Positions 1-9,661 of a stretch of DNA of 64,000 nt are shown piece after piece (position 1 is the stretch's first letter; the number at the start of each line of letters is the position of its first letter). The notes below the pieces were generated by a model. That model did no database searches. It saw nothing but the letters and a program-made list of their open reading frames with translations, and was not told the DNA's origin. Position numbers and translations under genes: made by a program. Source of the stretch: a bacterium (lineage in GTDB: Bacteria > Zhuqueibacterota > Zhuqueibacteria > Residuimicrobiales > Krinioviventaceae); the NCBI GenBank assembly GCA_963693055.1, contig OY843751.1, forward strand, positions 4,160,001-4,224,000, in the 5' to 3' direction.

Positions 1-964
1 CTGTATTGGTAATAGCACTAACTTTTAAATTTCCACTCGCTTTGTATTTCCATTTTTCACTTCCGTCATGATTTATCGCATAGATATTATTATCGCTCGA
101 GCCTACATAAATGGTACTATCTGCTCCAATAATAGGTGTAGAAGCATGTACTTCAAATGTCCAAATAGTATTACCGTCGCGATCAAGTGCATACAAGTTA
201 TTGTCCTGCGCGCTTATATACAATCTACCAGCAGGGCCTATTACAACAGCCTCACCTGAAGTGTTTAAATTTTCAATATGCCATTTTATAGCACCATCAG
301 GATTTATTGCAAAAAAACCATTGGTATTAGTAGCAATATAAATCGTACCGTCTGAATCTATAGTCGGTGTAGAAATATATTCTGCATCAAGTTCAATTCT
401 CCATTTCAACTCTCCACCTGGCGATAATGCATACAAAATACTTTCCAGGGTACTAAAGTAAATGGTACCATCTAGCCCTATAGAAGGTGAATCCTCTATA
501 AAACCAACTGCAGTATACTGCCATTTCAAGGTACCATCTGGATTAATTGCATACATGATCCCGTTACCTTCACCTATATAAATGGTTCCGTCATCTGCTA
601 ACGCAGGTGTATGCATAAAAGCATTTTCACACAAAAATTTCCATTTTTCGGTACCATCAGGATTTAATGCATACAGATATGAATCTTCATTCCCCACATA
701 AATAGTGCCATCAGGCGCAATACAGGGAGCATCATCAAACTGATCCAAGCCCGGTGTAAACTCCCATAAAATCTCACCTTCAAAATCAATCGCATAAACA
801 GATCCACCTTCAGAACCAAAATAAATAGTATTATCTCTAATTGCAGCACCCCTATACCACATGCCACCAAAATCTTTATTCCATACAAGCTCTCCATCAC
901 TTTGCGCAAAACCAGCTGCTGTCATTATCATAATCATGAATACCGTTGCCAGACGTACCTTCAT
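1..964 (-). CDS. Secreted PQQ-like/BamB-type beta-propeller repeat protein (runs off left edge)
   Basis: Absent from the ORF track because it is truncated. Manual translation from ATG at 964 after a CAGGAGG RBS gives MKVRLATVFMIMIMTAAGFAQ (signal peptide), then repeats such as PCIAPDGTIYVGNEDSYLYALNPDGTEKWKF and PALADDGTIYIGEGNGIMYAINPDGTLKWQY. The frame stays open to position 1. Confidence 0.85.
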   Translation of the reverse strand, partial: MKVRLATVFMIMIMTAAGFAQSDGELVWNKDFGGMWYRGAAIRDNTIYFGSEGGSVYAIDFEGEILWEFTPGLDQFDDAPCIAPDGTIYVGNEDSYLYALNPDGTEKWKFLCENAFMHTPALADDGTIYIGEGNGIMYAINPDGTLKWQYTAVGFIEDSPSIGLDGTIYFSTLESILYALSPGGELKWRIELDAEYISTPTIDSDGTIYIATNTNGFFAINPDGAIKWHIENLNTSGEAVVIGPAGRLYISAQDNNLYALDRDGNTIWTFEVHASTPIIGADSTIYVGSSDNNIYAINHDGSEKWKYKASGNLKVSAITNT

Positions 965-1235
965 CGTTCCTCCTGTTTTGGGTTAAATTTGGAAAGCATT
1001 CTCCACCAATGCCACCCCGTTCTGTTTAACAGGCTACAATCCTAAAAGTTTTAAAAATACAATATCATGCACTTTACAAGATATTTTTTAACAATAACTT
1101 GCAACCAAATTAAACAATAATACTAGAATCATTTTTGTTACAAAACAATCTTGGTTTGAAACACGAGTATTACCCCTTGAATCGTCCCACCACTAAAAGT
1201 AATAATATTTTTTTAATTAAAAAAACTTTTTTCAT

Positions 1236-1274
1236 AAAAAAAAGCCCCGATCATCAATTATAACAATCGGGGCT
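1236..1274 (-). terminator. Intrinsic terminator of cold-shock gene
   Basis: AGCCCCGAT...ATCGGGGCT stem followed by a U-tract on the minus strand, just past the csp stop. Confidence 0.8.
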
Positions 1275-1292
1275 CAAAGTCAATCTGTCACT

Positions 1293-1493
1293 CTATAGTT
1301 TTGAAACTTTGGTAGCTTGCAAACCTTTACGGCCCTGTTCAACTTCGAACTGGACCTGCACACCTTCTTCTAAACTTTTATACCCATCCCCTTCGATTGC
1401 TTTATAATGCACAAACACATCATCACCGGATTCTCTGGTTATGAATCCATAACCTTTTGCTCCATCAAACCATTTTACAGTTCCTGTTTCCAT
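1293..1493 (-). CDS. cspA: Cold-shock protein, CspA family
   Basis: [18 protein letters not shown]...DVFVHY contains RNP1/RNP2 motifs; start moved to the ATG at 1493. Confidence 0.95.
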   Translation of the reverse strand: METGTVKWFDGAKGYGFITRESGDDVFVHYKAIEGDGYKSLEEGVQVQFEVEQGRKGLQATKVSKL

Positions 1494-1549
1494 ACAAATC
1501 ACCCTTTATTATTACAATTAAAGTACTACAGTATTACAACTTGCCGGAT

Positions 1550-1602
1550 AAAAAAAAATCATCTTGATTGCTGTGACAGGATACATCAGCATTCTTGACG
1601 AT
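1550..1602 (-). promoter_or_regulatory. Hairpin + U-tract in csp 5' leader (possible attenuator/thermosensor)
   Basis: Minus strand ATCGTC..TGCTG-loop-CAGCA..GATGAT followed by a U-run about 55 nt before the start codon. Confidence 0.45.
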
Positions 1603-1916
1603 TATCTTAAACAGTTATTACTATATGAATTATCCTTGCTTCCGGTATTAATAGATGTAATCGAGTACCATGTGTTAATATCTTAAGTTAAACATTACCC
1701 TGTTACAATGCAACAAAAAAAACATAAACTTTTCCAATTTAACTCAAATTTAACCCATATCGCCTTATTTTGCCCTATTCAACCAAAAATCACATAACCA
1801 GACGTCTGCTTCAATATCAATATATTTTACATATTACACGCCAGGATTGATATCTGCCCCTGCTTTTTACAATTCCCCAAATTTATCATAAAATCTCAAC
1901 AATTCGATATGCATAT

Positions 1917-1951
1917 AAAAAAAGCCCCAGACAAATAGTAATGCCCGGGGC
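1917..1951 (-). terminator. Intrinsic terminator of efflux operon
   Basis: Minus strand GCCCCGG...CTGGGGC followed by T7. Confidence 0.75.
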
Positions 1952-1975
1952 CCTGAATTAGTAATGATGCCACAT

Positions 1976-3295
1976 TTAGTAATTTACTCTACCGGTAGCC
2001 TGTTCCCAATCAAAATAAGCAGCAAGATAATCATACACTGCGGAATAATATCCCAACTGTGCCTGATCAAACATCAACCTCGCGTCTTTTAATTCCAACT
2101 GGGTAGACAATCCCGATTCTGTTGTAGTCTCGGTAATATGAAAGGCTTTTTCTGCAGTTTCCCATGTAGCCTTTGCGGAAGCAATTCGCTGATTTGCTTC
2201 CTTTAAACGTAAATACACATTCGATACTTCATTGGTAATATCTTCACGGGTTTTTTCCATTTGCAGTCTTGTTTTTTCCAGTTCAACCTGTGCTTTCTGT
2301 ACTTCTGCAAGCCGGTAACCACCGGTAAAAATGGGAAGCGATAAATTTAAACCGGCAAATAACAACTTGTTCTCTTCATCGAATTTATAATAATTAGATT
2401 GAGAAGTATATGCATAAGCCACTTGACCGGTTAACGTAGGTAAAAATGCTCCTTTTTTAGCTCCCACATTTGTAGTGCGCAGCTTTTCTTCCCATTTCAG
2501 AGCATTCATATCCGGTCGTTTATCAAAAACCACAGACAATTCCTGCATTTCAGGCAACGGAGGAACCGTTTCCAGGTTTCCTTTTAATTCAATTTCAGAG
2601 TTAACATCAATTCCCGCAAAATTTTTAAGCGTATTCATAACAATCATTTGATTACGCCTGGCTTGTTCACTTTGCGGCACAGCGCTGCGCCAGCGGGTTT
2701 CAGCTTGCAACAAATCCAGCTCAGAGATTTGCCCATTATCAAAACGCAGCTTCATAGTATTATAATTTTCAAATGCGTTTGCCTCAGCCGCTTCACTAAC
2801 TTTTCTTACCTTTTCCAGCAAAAGACACTGATAAAACAACTGCTTTGCTCCGGTCATAATCGCCTGATTACTGGCTTTGTAAATGTATTCGGTCAATTCC
2901 TCATATTGTCTGGCAGCCTTGATTGCACTGCCAACAGTAGGACTAAACAGAGTCTGCTGCAAAGCCAGAGTTGCACTGTATTCATTGTCACGTTTAATCG
3001 GTGCTTTAATCACACCACCGACTCCCAGCATAAGAGAACCTGCATCAAAATACATATAATAATCGGTCAAATTCCGGATATAACCGGCTTCTGCAGCCAC
3101 CATAGGAAGCGCTTGAGAAACAGCTTCCTTTTTTTGAACATCTGCCAACTCACGGTCTTTATCTGCAAGTTTTAAATCTTTACTATGCTCTTTCACAACA
3201 TCCAGATAGGCGTCAAGATCAAGCGTCTCTGCCGACAGATACTGAAATCCGCACAATACCAGTAATGTCATATATATGAAAATCTTTTTCATCAA
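1976..3295 (-). CDS. TolC-family outer membrane efflux protein
   Basis: Signal peptide, two OEP-type repeats (RFDNGQISELDLLQAE; LSLPIFTGG), downstream of the RND gene. Confidence 0.93.
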   Translation of the reverse strand: MMKKIFIYMTLLVLCGFQYLSAETLDLDAYLDVVKEHSKDLKLADKDRELADVQKKEAVSQALPMVAAEAGYIRNLTDYYMYFDAGSLMLGVGGVIKAPIKRDNEYSATLALQQTLFSPTVGSAIKAARQYEELTEYIYKASNQAIMTGAKQLFYQCLLLEKVRKVSEAAEANAFENYNTMKLRFDNGQISELDLLQAETRWRSAVPQSEQARRNQMIVMNTLKNFAGIDVNSEIELKGNLETVPPLPEMQELSVVFDKRPDMNALKWEEKLRTTNVGAKKGAFLPTLTGQVAYAYTSQSNYYKFDEENKLLFAGLNLSLPIFTGGYRLAEVQKAQVELEKTRLQMEKTREDITNEVSNVYLRLKEANQRIASAKATWETAEKAFHITETTTESGLSTQLELKDARLMFDQAQLGYYSAVYDYLAAYFDWEQATGRVNY

Positions 3296-3332
3296 AATTA
3301 TCTCCTTTGGTACATTTCAACGAGCGAATACT

Positions 3333-6300
3333 TTACGCCTGCTTTTTCACCTTTTGTCTACTTGTCAAATAATAAAGTGTGGGTATCACAATCAGGGCCA
3401 GCACTGTTGAAATCAGCAGACCACCAATACTCACAACACCCATCGGTTGACGAAATTCTCGTCCCGAGGCACCAATACCCAATGCCATAGGCAGCATACC
3501 CAGAATAATAGCAATAGAAGACATGAGAATCGGTTTCAATTTTGTGGGACATGCTTCAACAAGGGCGTCATGCACATTATACCCCTTTTGACGGACCAGC
3601 AGGTTGGTATAATCCAAAAGCAAAATCGCGTTATTCACCACAATGCCTAAAAGCATAATAATTGCCATCATTGAAATAATGTTCATGGAAATTCCGGTTA
3701 TGTACAAACCTCCAAAAACACCAATCATCGCTAATGGAACAGTTCCCAAAATCAACAGAGGTTGTGTAAAACTTTCCAAAATTGCGGCAAGCAGCATATA
3801 AGTCAAAACTATAGCCAATACAAAGGTAAAAAGCATGCTTTGTATAGTACTTTTCATTTCTTCGGCCATACCTGCCCATTCAACTTTATATCCTGGTGGC
3901 AATTCAAGGTCTGCAAGACGACTATCTATCTCATTCGTAACATCTCCCATTGGAACACCAGGTGCTGTTGATGCACCAAAGTCAATCATTTTGAATTTAT
4001 CCTTGTGTAAAATTCGGGTAAATCCCTGGGTATATTTAATATCTGCAAGTTGCGAAATCTTGAATGTTCCCGCAGGAGCAACAACAGAAATACTCTCAAC
4101 TTCTTCAGGAGTATCCACAGATTCATCTGTTAAACTCACACGAATATCATACTCTTCACCCTGATCACGGAACTTTGTTGTTACCAAACCTTCTAATGAA
4201 CCGCGCAAAGTCATTGCCAGATCATAAATGGTTAATCCCGCATTTGAAAGTTTTTCACGGTCAGGTACAATCGTAATCTCTGGTTTACCAGGGCGTGAGC
4301 TGGTATTCAGGTTAATCAATCCGGGAACATCATGAATGCGTTCAACAATTTCTCTACGGTATTTTTCCAATTCCTGCACATCCTGTCCCATTAATGTAAA
4401 ATTAACAGGGGCTGTCCCCATACCCATTGAAGAAGTTGCCTCAATTCTCAATCGAACATTCGGAAGATCAGATAACTTTTGTATTAATTCTGCAGCCATA
4501 TGCCCTGTTGTTACATCACGCAAAGAGACATCTACCAATTTTACATTCACCAATGCCATATTGGTACCCGTATCCATATCATTGATCTTTCCCAAAGTTG
4601 TTACAATGGTTTTAACTTCCGAATATTCCTCAATACGGGTTTGCATTTCTTTTAATACCTGGGCAGTTTCATTTAAATTGTAACCCGTTGGCAGCTCTAC
4701 TTCCATTTTGATATCGCCTTCATCCAGCTTGGGCATAAAGTCAAAACCAATCTGAGATGCCATAAAAAAACTACCAACAAACATAAATATACTAACCAAA
4801 ATCACCATAAAGCTTCGCATTTTGTTCTTGATGATCCAACTCAGTAACCGCTTATACCAATCTTCCCAGGCAGTAAACATGGCATTCATGCGTTTGCCAA
4901 TGGGATGTTTTTTGGTATCATGCTCGGGAATAATTAACGAAGCCAGCATTGGTGTTAGTGTAAAAGACATTAATAATGAAAATATAGTTGCATAAACAAC
5001 GGTCAAAGCAAACTCTTTAAACATCATTCCCACAATACTGCCCATATTGGCAATGGGTAAAAATACCGCAATATTTGTCATTGTCGATGCAATTACGGCA
5101 ACCACCACCTCAGCCGTACCTTTTGCAGAAGCTTCACGGCGACTGTTACCCATATTTTTATGTCTGAATATATTTTCAAGCACAACAACAGAGTTGGAAA
5201 CAAGAACACCCACCGCGGTTGAAAGTCCCATCAATGTCATCAGGTTCAGAGTAAATCCTGAAAGTTGCAATAACATAAATGTGGATATGATAGACATGGG
5301 CATTGATAAAGCAACAATAATGGTCGAACGTAAATCGCTTAAAAAGAATAGTAATACAAGGCCGGTTAAAATTACACCCATAAAAATATTAGAAAGAGTA
5401 TCTTTAACAGAACCTTCAATCAAAATAGAACTATCTTTTATAATTGACAGTTCACACCCCTCAGGCAACAATTCCTGCAATTCCGGCATTCTTTCCTTAA
5501 CAGCTGTTGCAATACGCACAGCGTTACCATCTTTGGCTTTAACCAGTCCCAAAACCACAACATTATCATTAGTAAGTTTGTTAACATTATCTACAAATGT
5601 AGAACGTACCCGTACCTCTTCGGTAGCATCTCGCACCCGGGCAAGTTCAGATAGCGGCTTCATACCAAAACCGGTTGGCACTTTTAATTGTTTCAAATCT
5701 TCAACAGTATCAAATTCACCTTCCAAACGGACTGAATATTCCTGAGAATGTTGTTTAAAATTACCACCAGGCATATCCATATTTTGCATCGAAAGCATGC
5801 CAGCCAGTTGACTAATAGATATTTTCTGCTGCAAGATTGTTCGGTTATCAAATTCTACCTGAATTTCACGCTCACCACCACCGGTTACAGATACCTCACC
5901 AACACCTTGAATTTGTGAAAAACGGTCAGTCAGTGTTTTATCTGCCAGCTCATATAATTCTGTCATTTCAATATTACCGGACAAAACAATATTCATGATC
6001 GGTTCAGAATTAATATCAAATTTCTGAATAATCGGTCTGTCAGCGTCATCCGGCATATCATTCAATATTGCATCAACCTTGTCTTTCACCTCCTGATTGG
6101 CAATATCAACATCTTTACTGAGTTTAAATCGTATAATTACAAACGATGCAGATTCCATAGAATAGGATTGTATATAATCTATCCCGCTGACAGTTGAAAT
6201 TGCATCTTCAATTCTTTTTGTAATCTGCAGCTCCGTTTCCTGCGGACCCGCTCCAGGATAAACCGTCTGCACCGTGATCATAGGAAACGTCATGTCAGGT

Positions 6301-6410
6301 GTAAGATCCAGGTTTAATCCAAAATATGATATAGCCCCAAACATCAATAATGCCAGCAAAAGCATAGAAATCATGATGGGCCGTTTTATGGATATATCAG
6401 ATAAAAACAT
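3333..6410 (-). CDS. RND efflux permease, AcrB/AcrD/AcrF family
   Basis: 1025 aa, MFLSDISIKRP start, GVLVSNSVVVLENI and GIVVNNAILLLDY segments, multi-TM layout. Confidence 0.96.
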   Translation of the reverse strand: MFLSDISIKRPIMISMLLLALLMFGAISYFGLNLDLTPDMTFPMITVQTVYPGAGPQETELQITKRIEDAISTVSGIDYIQSYSMESASFVIIRFKLSKDVDIANQEVKDKVDAILNDMPDDADRPIIQKFDINSEPIMNIVLSGNIEMTELYELADKTLTDRFSQIQGVGEVSVTGGGEREIQVEFDNRTILQQKISISQLAGMLSMQNMDMPGGNFKQHSQEYSVRLEGEFDTVEDLKQLKVPTGFGMKPLSELARVRDATEEVRVRSTFVDNVNKLTNDNVVVLGLVKAKDGNAVRIATAVKERMPELQELLPEGCELSIIKDSSILIEGSVKDTLSNIFMGVILTGLVLLFFLSDLRSTIIVALSMPMSIISTFMLLQLSGFTLNLMTLMGLSTAVGVLVSNSVVVLENIFRHKNMGNSRREASAKGTAEVVVAVIASTMTNIAVFLPIANMGSIVGMMFKEFALTVVYATIFSLLMSFTLTPMLASLIIPEHDTKKHPIGKRMNAMFTAWEDWYKRLLSWIIKNKMRSFMVILVSIFMFVGSFFMASQIGFDFMPKLDEGDIKMEVELPTGYNLNETAQVLKEMQTRIEEYSEVKTIVTTLGKINDMDTGTNMALVNVKLVDVSLRDVTTGHMAAELIQKLSDLPNVRLRIEATSSMGMGTAPVNFTLMGQDVQELEKYRREIVERIHDVPGLINLNTSSRPGKPEITIVPDREKLSNAGLTIYDLAMTLRGSLEGLVTTKFRDQGEEYDIRVSLTDESVDTPEEVESISVVAPAGTFKISQLADIKYTQGFTRILHKDKFKMIDFGASTAPGVPMGDVTNEIDSRLADLELPPGYKVEWAGMAEEMKSTIQSMLFTFVLAIVLTYMLLAAILESFTQPLLILGTVPLAMIGVFGGLYITGISMNIISMMAIIMLLGIVVNNAILLLDYTNLLVRQKGYNVHDALVEACPTKLKPILMSSIAIILGMLPMALGIGASGREFRQPMGVVSIGGLLISTVLALIVIPTLYYLTSRQKVKKQA

Positions 6411-6481
6411 AAATTCAAATCCTTATACGTTAATCGATTTTTTAATATTCCACAATACTGGAATCTATACAAAAATATTTA

Positions 6482-7519
6482 TCAGGAATCAGCAATTACT
6501 CTAATTTTTTCACCATCCTTTAATAACATCTGACCACCAACAATTAACTGATCACCAACAGATAAACCTTCAACAACTTCAATATCCAATCCCTGGGTTC
6601 TTCCGGTTTTTATCTCACGTTTTTGTGCTTTACCACTCTGGTTCACAAAAACATAATTTGAATTTTCTTCCACAATTACATTTTTTCTTTCAACAATAAT
6701 GGTTTCGTCACCTTCACCACTGTATATTGTAATTTCTGCGTTAATTCCGCTTTTAAAACGTTTACCGGAATTATTCAGCTCTACCCATACACCAAAAGCT
6801 TGCATAGATGTATTTAATGATAAATCAACCTGGCTTACTCTGCCTTCAATTATCAAACCTTGCCATTTCGCAGTTACATTGTTACCAACTTTTATCACAG
6901 CAGCCTGACTTTCAGAAGCCCACAGTTTACCTTTCAACTTTTGAGTCTGACTGACCGTAAACAAAGCATCACCAGGACTCACATTATCAGATTCCTGCAC
7001 ATTGATCTGAGAAATAGTTCCACTGATAGGTGCCTTAACCATTATAGATTGCCTTACCGCATCCCAATTTGCTTCAGCTACTTTGAATTGGGTTTTTGTA
7101 TTATCAAAATCCTGCAAAGAAATACCACCGCTGTTATACAGATTGGTCATACGGTCCAAAGTTGTTTTTGCCAATTCGTAAGCTGATTTGGTTTGATTAT
7201 ATTGCGCGGATGGGTTGTCAGTAGGAAAGCTAATAACAACCGCGTCTTTTTCTACATAATCACCAACTTTGTAATAGATCTTTTCAACCTTGTCAGCAAC
7301 CATTGCACTTGCGTTTGATTCTTGTATACCACTCAAAGTAGAATGAAAAGTATTTTCTATACTGAACTTGTTTTTTTCAATCTGTTTAATTGTAACAGGT
7401 ACACCTTTTTCTTTATATATCTGCTCAAGACTTTTTGATTGTGATTCACTTTTTGTACAAGAGCTTGTAATAAAAACTGTGATTATTGCAATTAAAAATA
7501 TTACGATTCGGTTTCGCAT
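6482..7519 (-). CDS. RND periplasmic adaptor (MFP), lipoprotein
   Basis: Lipobox TSSC, VKAPISG motif, C-terminal VEGLSVGDQLIVGGQ. Confidence 0.93.
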   Translation of the reverse strand: MRNRIVIFLIAIITVFITSSCTKSESQSKSLEQIYKEKGVPVTIKQIEKNKFSIENTFHSTLSGIQESNASAMVADKVEKIYYKVGDYVEKDAVVISFPTDNPSAQYNQTKSAYELAKTTLDRMTNLYNSGGISLQDFDNTKTQFKVAEANWDAVRQSIMVKAPISGTISQINVQESDNVSPGDALFTVSQTQKLKGKLWASESQAAVIKVGNNVTAKWQGLIIEGRVSQVDLSLNTSMQAFGVWVELNNSGKRFKSGINAEITIYSGEGDETIIVERKNVIVEENSNYVFVNQSGKAQKREIKTGRTQGLDIEVVEGLSVGDQLIVGGQMLLKDGEKIRVIADS

Positions 7520-7550
7520 TCATGCCTCCATGATTTCAATTGGTTGTAAT

Positions 7551-7572
7551 ATACATTCATATATGCATGTAT
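7551..7572. promoter_or_regulatory. Putative TetR/AcrR operator upstream of MFP
   Basis: Near-perfect palindrome ATACATTCATATATGCATGTAT. Confidence 0.6.
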
Positions 7573-7603
7573 TGTATGTAAAAAATTTTTATTTTACAAA
7601 CTC

Positions 7604-8236
7604 TTATTTCTCTACATTGTCGTCTTCATCCTTATTTTTTAATCCGTTAATAAAAATATCAAATAATGCCTCTGGATTTTTAACATCCACCATATTCCGT
7701 CTTCTTTTCACATAAATATCTGCAAAACCTGCAATAGTAGCACTCATCAAACTGCTAAAATGATGTGGATCAATAGGACGAATCTCACCTTGATTGATTC
7801 CGTCTTGCACAATGGATGTAAACATATTAAAAAACTTTTTTCCGCGTTCCTGAAAATATTCTTCTATTTCAGGCATTTCATGTATCATTCGCTTGTCCAT
7901 AAAATCAAGCTGCTGATTTTCAAGAAATTCTTTATCTTCTTTTAGCTTTTTTATAAATACATAAAAAATCTTTTCCAGCTTTTGTAATGGGGTAATATCT
8001 TCTTCTATGACATTATCAAATATCTCAAAAAACGGGTCAAGTCGTTCTTTGAACAAAGCAATCAATAATTCTTTTTTATTCCCAAAATGCCAATAAATTG
8101 CACCTCTGGTTAATCCCACATGCTCAGCAACATCGGATAAACGGAATGCGTTGAATCCTTTTTCGCTGATCACATGCAATGCAGATTTAAGTAATAATAT
8201 TCGTGTTTGTTCGGCTTCTTCTTTGGTACGTCGCAT
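7604..8236 (-). CDS. TetR/AcrR family transcriptional regulator
   Basis: MRRTKEEAEQTR...GLTRGAIYWHFGNK HTH, closely AcrR-like. Confidence 0.95.
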   Translation of the reverse strand: MRRTKEEAEQTRILLLKSALHVISEKGFNAFRLSDVAEHVGLTRGAIYWHFGNKKELLIALFKERLDPFFEIFDNVIEEDITPLQKLEKIFYVFIKKLKEDKEFLENQQLDFMDKRMIHEMPEIEEYFQERGKKFFNMFTSIVQDGINQGEIRPIDPHHFSSLMSATIAGFADIYVKRRRNMVDVKNPEALFDIFINGLKNKDEDDNVEK

Positions 8237-8258
8237 TTCTATCCTTATATTTTAAAAT

Positions 8259-8278
8259 TACATACATACTTGTACGTA
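8259..8278. promoter_or_regulatory. Putative TetR/AcrR autoregulatory operator
   Basis: TACATACA-TACT-TGTACGTA inverted repeat in the same 20-bp frame as the 7552-7571 site. Confidence 0.6.
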
Positions 8279-8331
8279 TTTATTCGGAAAAGTTCCCAAA
8301 ATATTTAGTTTTTTTTCTTATTTTATGTAAT

Positions 8332-9543
8332 TTATTTTGTGTCCCAATAATTTATCGAGGGATCCAGAGTATAAAGTGACATAATCTCTGAACTCAGGTC
8401 GGTGCGGTTTATCCCGTTCACTTTGAACAATATTTCAAAACATTCAGTATTGCCCTGGTTTGTTTTAAATTTCTCCTGGACCGTTTTTAACAGTTGGGGA
8501 TTGGTTAAATACTTGACACTTTGTATTACTCCAATATCATGAAATGAAAGAAATAGCATTACTGTATTTCGGTTGGGACCCGAATACTTGGCTACTATGC
8601 TATAATCGTCATGCATTGACTCTGATTTGCCGATTTGATGATATTCTGTGGCTTCCTTTCCGGTTTTATCAATGAGCGATACGATGTTCCCTTCTGTATC
8701 AATCGTAAAATTAGAATTTAAGAAAAAATTATTAAAAAAACCACTAGTCTTGAATAATCCAATAAAAATCACATTATATTGCTGTAGATATTGCATATTA
8801 AACCGTGACATGAGACAAATCTCAAAATCTTGATCTCCCTCTATCAACACAGGCATTAATGCTTTAAGATAAAAAGGAGTACCATAGGCAAGATAACTAA
8901 AATCAATTTCCTGATAATGAATACTGCTATTGCTATTTTCAGATATATAGTGCTGAAAATCATTGCTGTTATTCACACTATAATCTCGTATTACAGCCGA
9001 CTGTTTCGTTATATCGTCTGTTTGTTGAAAGAAATAATAATCGCCCAGTACTATCATTACTGGTTTTTCGTCATGTACTATATCCTTCCAAATAGAAGAA
9101 TTAGATACACCCATCTGCCCTTGCTGCCAAATCAGATAAACCCATACAAACACTACTATTCCCAGGCATACCAGAGCTCCAATTGCAAGAATTTTCCACA
9201 TATTATTCCTGGTATATATCGAATCTTTTTTTTCAATAAATTCAATTTTATAGCGTCCTTTAGGTATCCTAAAGACAACCTTATCGTCCCTGCCTTCTGT
9301 CAGATAATAATGTTCAAGCTTTTTACGCAGTAAATGGATCTTTACTCTAACAAATGTAAAGTCCTGGTTTGTATTACCAGAGGTATCCCTTTGAAAAAGA
9401 TCATAGGCAATTTGTGATTCTTTGGGTATTTCCCCATCACGCGTTGCCTCATACAAATAGATCAGTAACTGCCGGTCATTTTCCGATTTAAACTCGCTAC
9501 TGCTTAAAATTTTCTCAAGATGTGAATCATAAACCGTATTCAT
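8332..9543 (-). CDS. Membrane-anchored putative transcriptional regulator (N-terminal wHTH-like domain, one TM, extracytoplasmic domain)
   Basis: VRVKIHLLRKKLEHYY...FRIPKGRY resembles an OmpR/ToxR-type recognition helix and wing; a single TM (ILAIGALVCLGIVVFVWVYLIW) precedes a ~260 aa C-terminal domain. Confidence 0.65.
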   Translation of the reverse strand: MNTVYDSHLEKILSSSEFKSENDRQLLIYLYEATRDGEIPKESQIAYDLFQRDTSGNTNQDFTFVRVKIHLLRKKLEHYYLTEGRDDKVVFRIPKGRYKIEFIEKKDSIYTRNNMWKILAIGALVCLGIVVFVWVYLIWQQGQMGVSNSSIWKDIVHDEKPVMIVLGDYYFFQQTDDITKQSAVIRDYSVNNSNDFQHYISENSNSSIHYQEIDFSYLAYGTPFYLKALMPVLIEGDQDFEICLMSRFNMQYLQQYNVIFIGLFKTSGFFNNFFLNSNFTIDTEGNIVSLIDKTGKEATEYHQIGKSESMHDDYSIVAKYSGPNRNTVMLFLSFHDIGVIQSVKYLTNPQLLKTVQEKFKTNQGNTECFEILFKVNGINRTDLSSEIMSLYTLDPSINYWDTK

Positions 9544-9661
9544 TAAACTGCCTGAAAGTAAGTTTTTTACCGTTAATAACCGTTATTTACTGTACTTTGA
9601 CATAAATTCTTTTAATTTAATTAAAAAGCTAACAATAATATCAATAGGATCAAAAAGAAAA

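Noticed and set aside
68-909. Short ORFs 68-259, 111-341 and 664-909 in the track
   Set aside because: Explained as alternative frames of the truncated minus-strand propeller gene starting at 964
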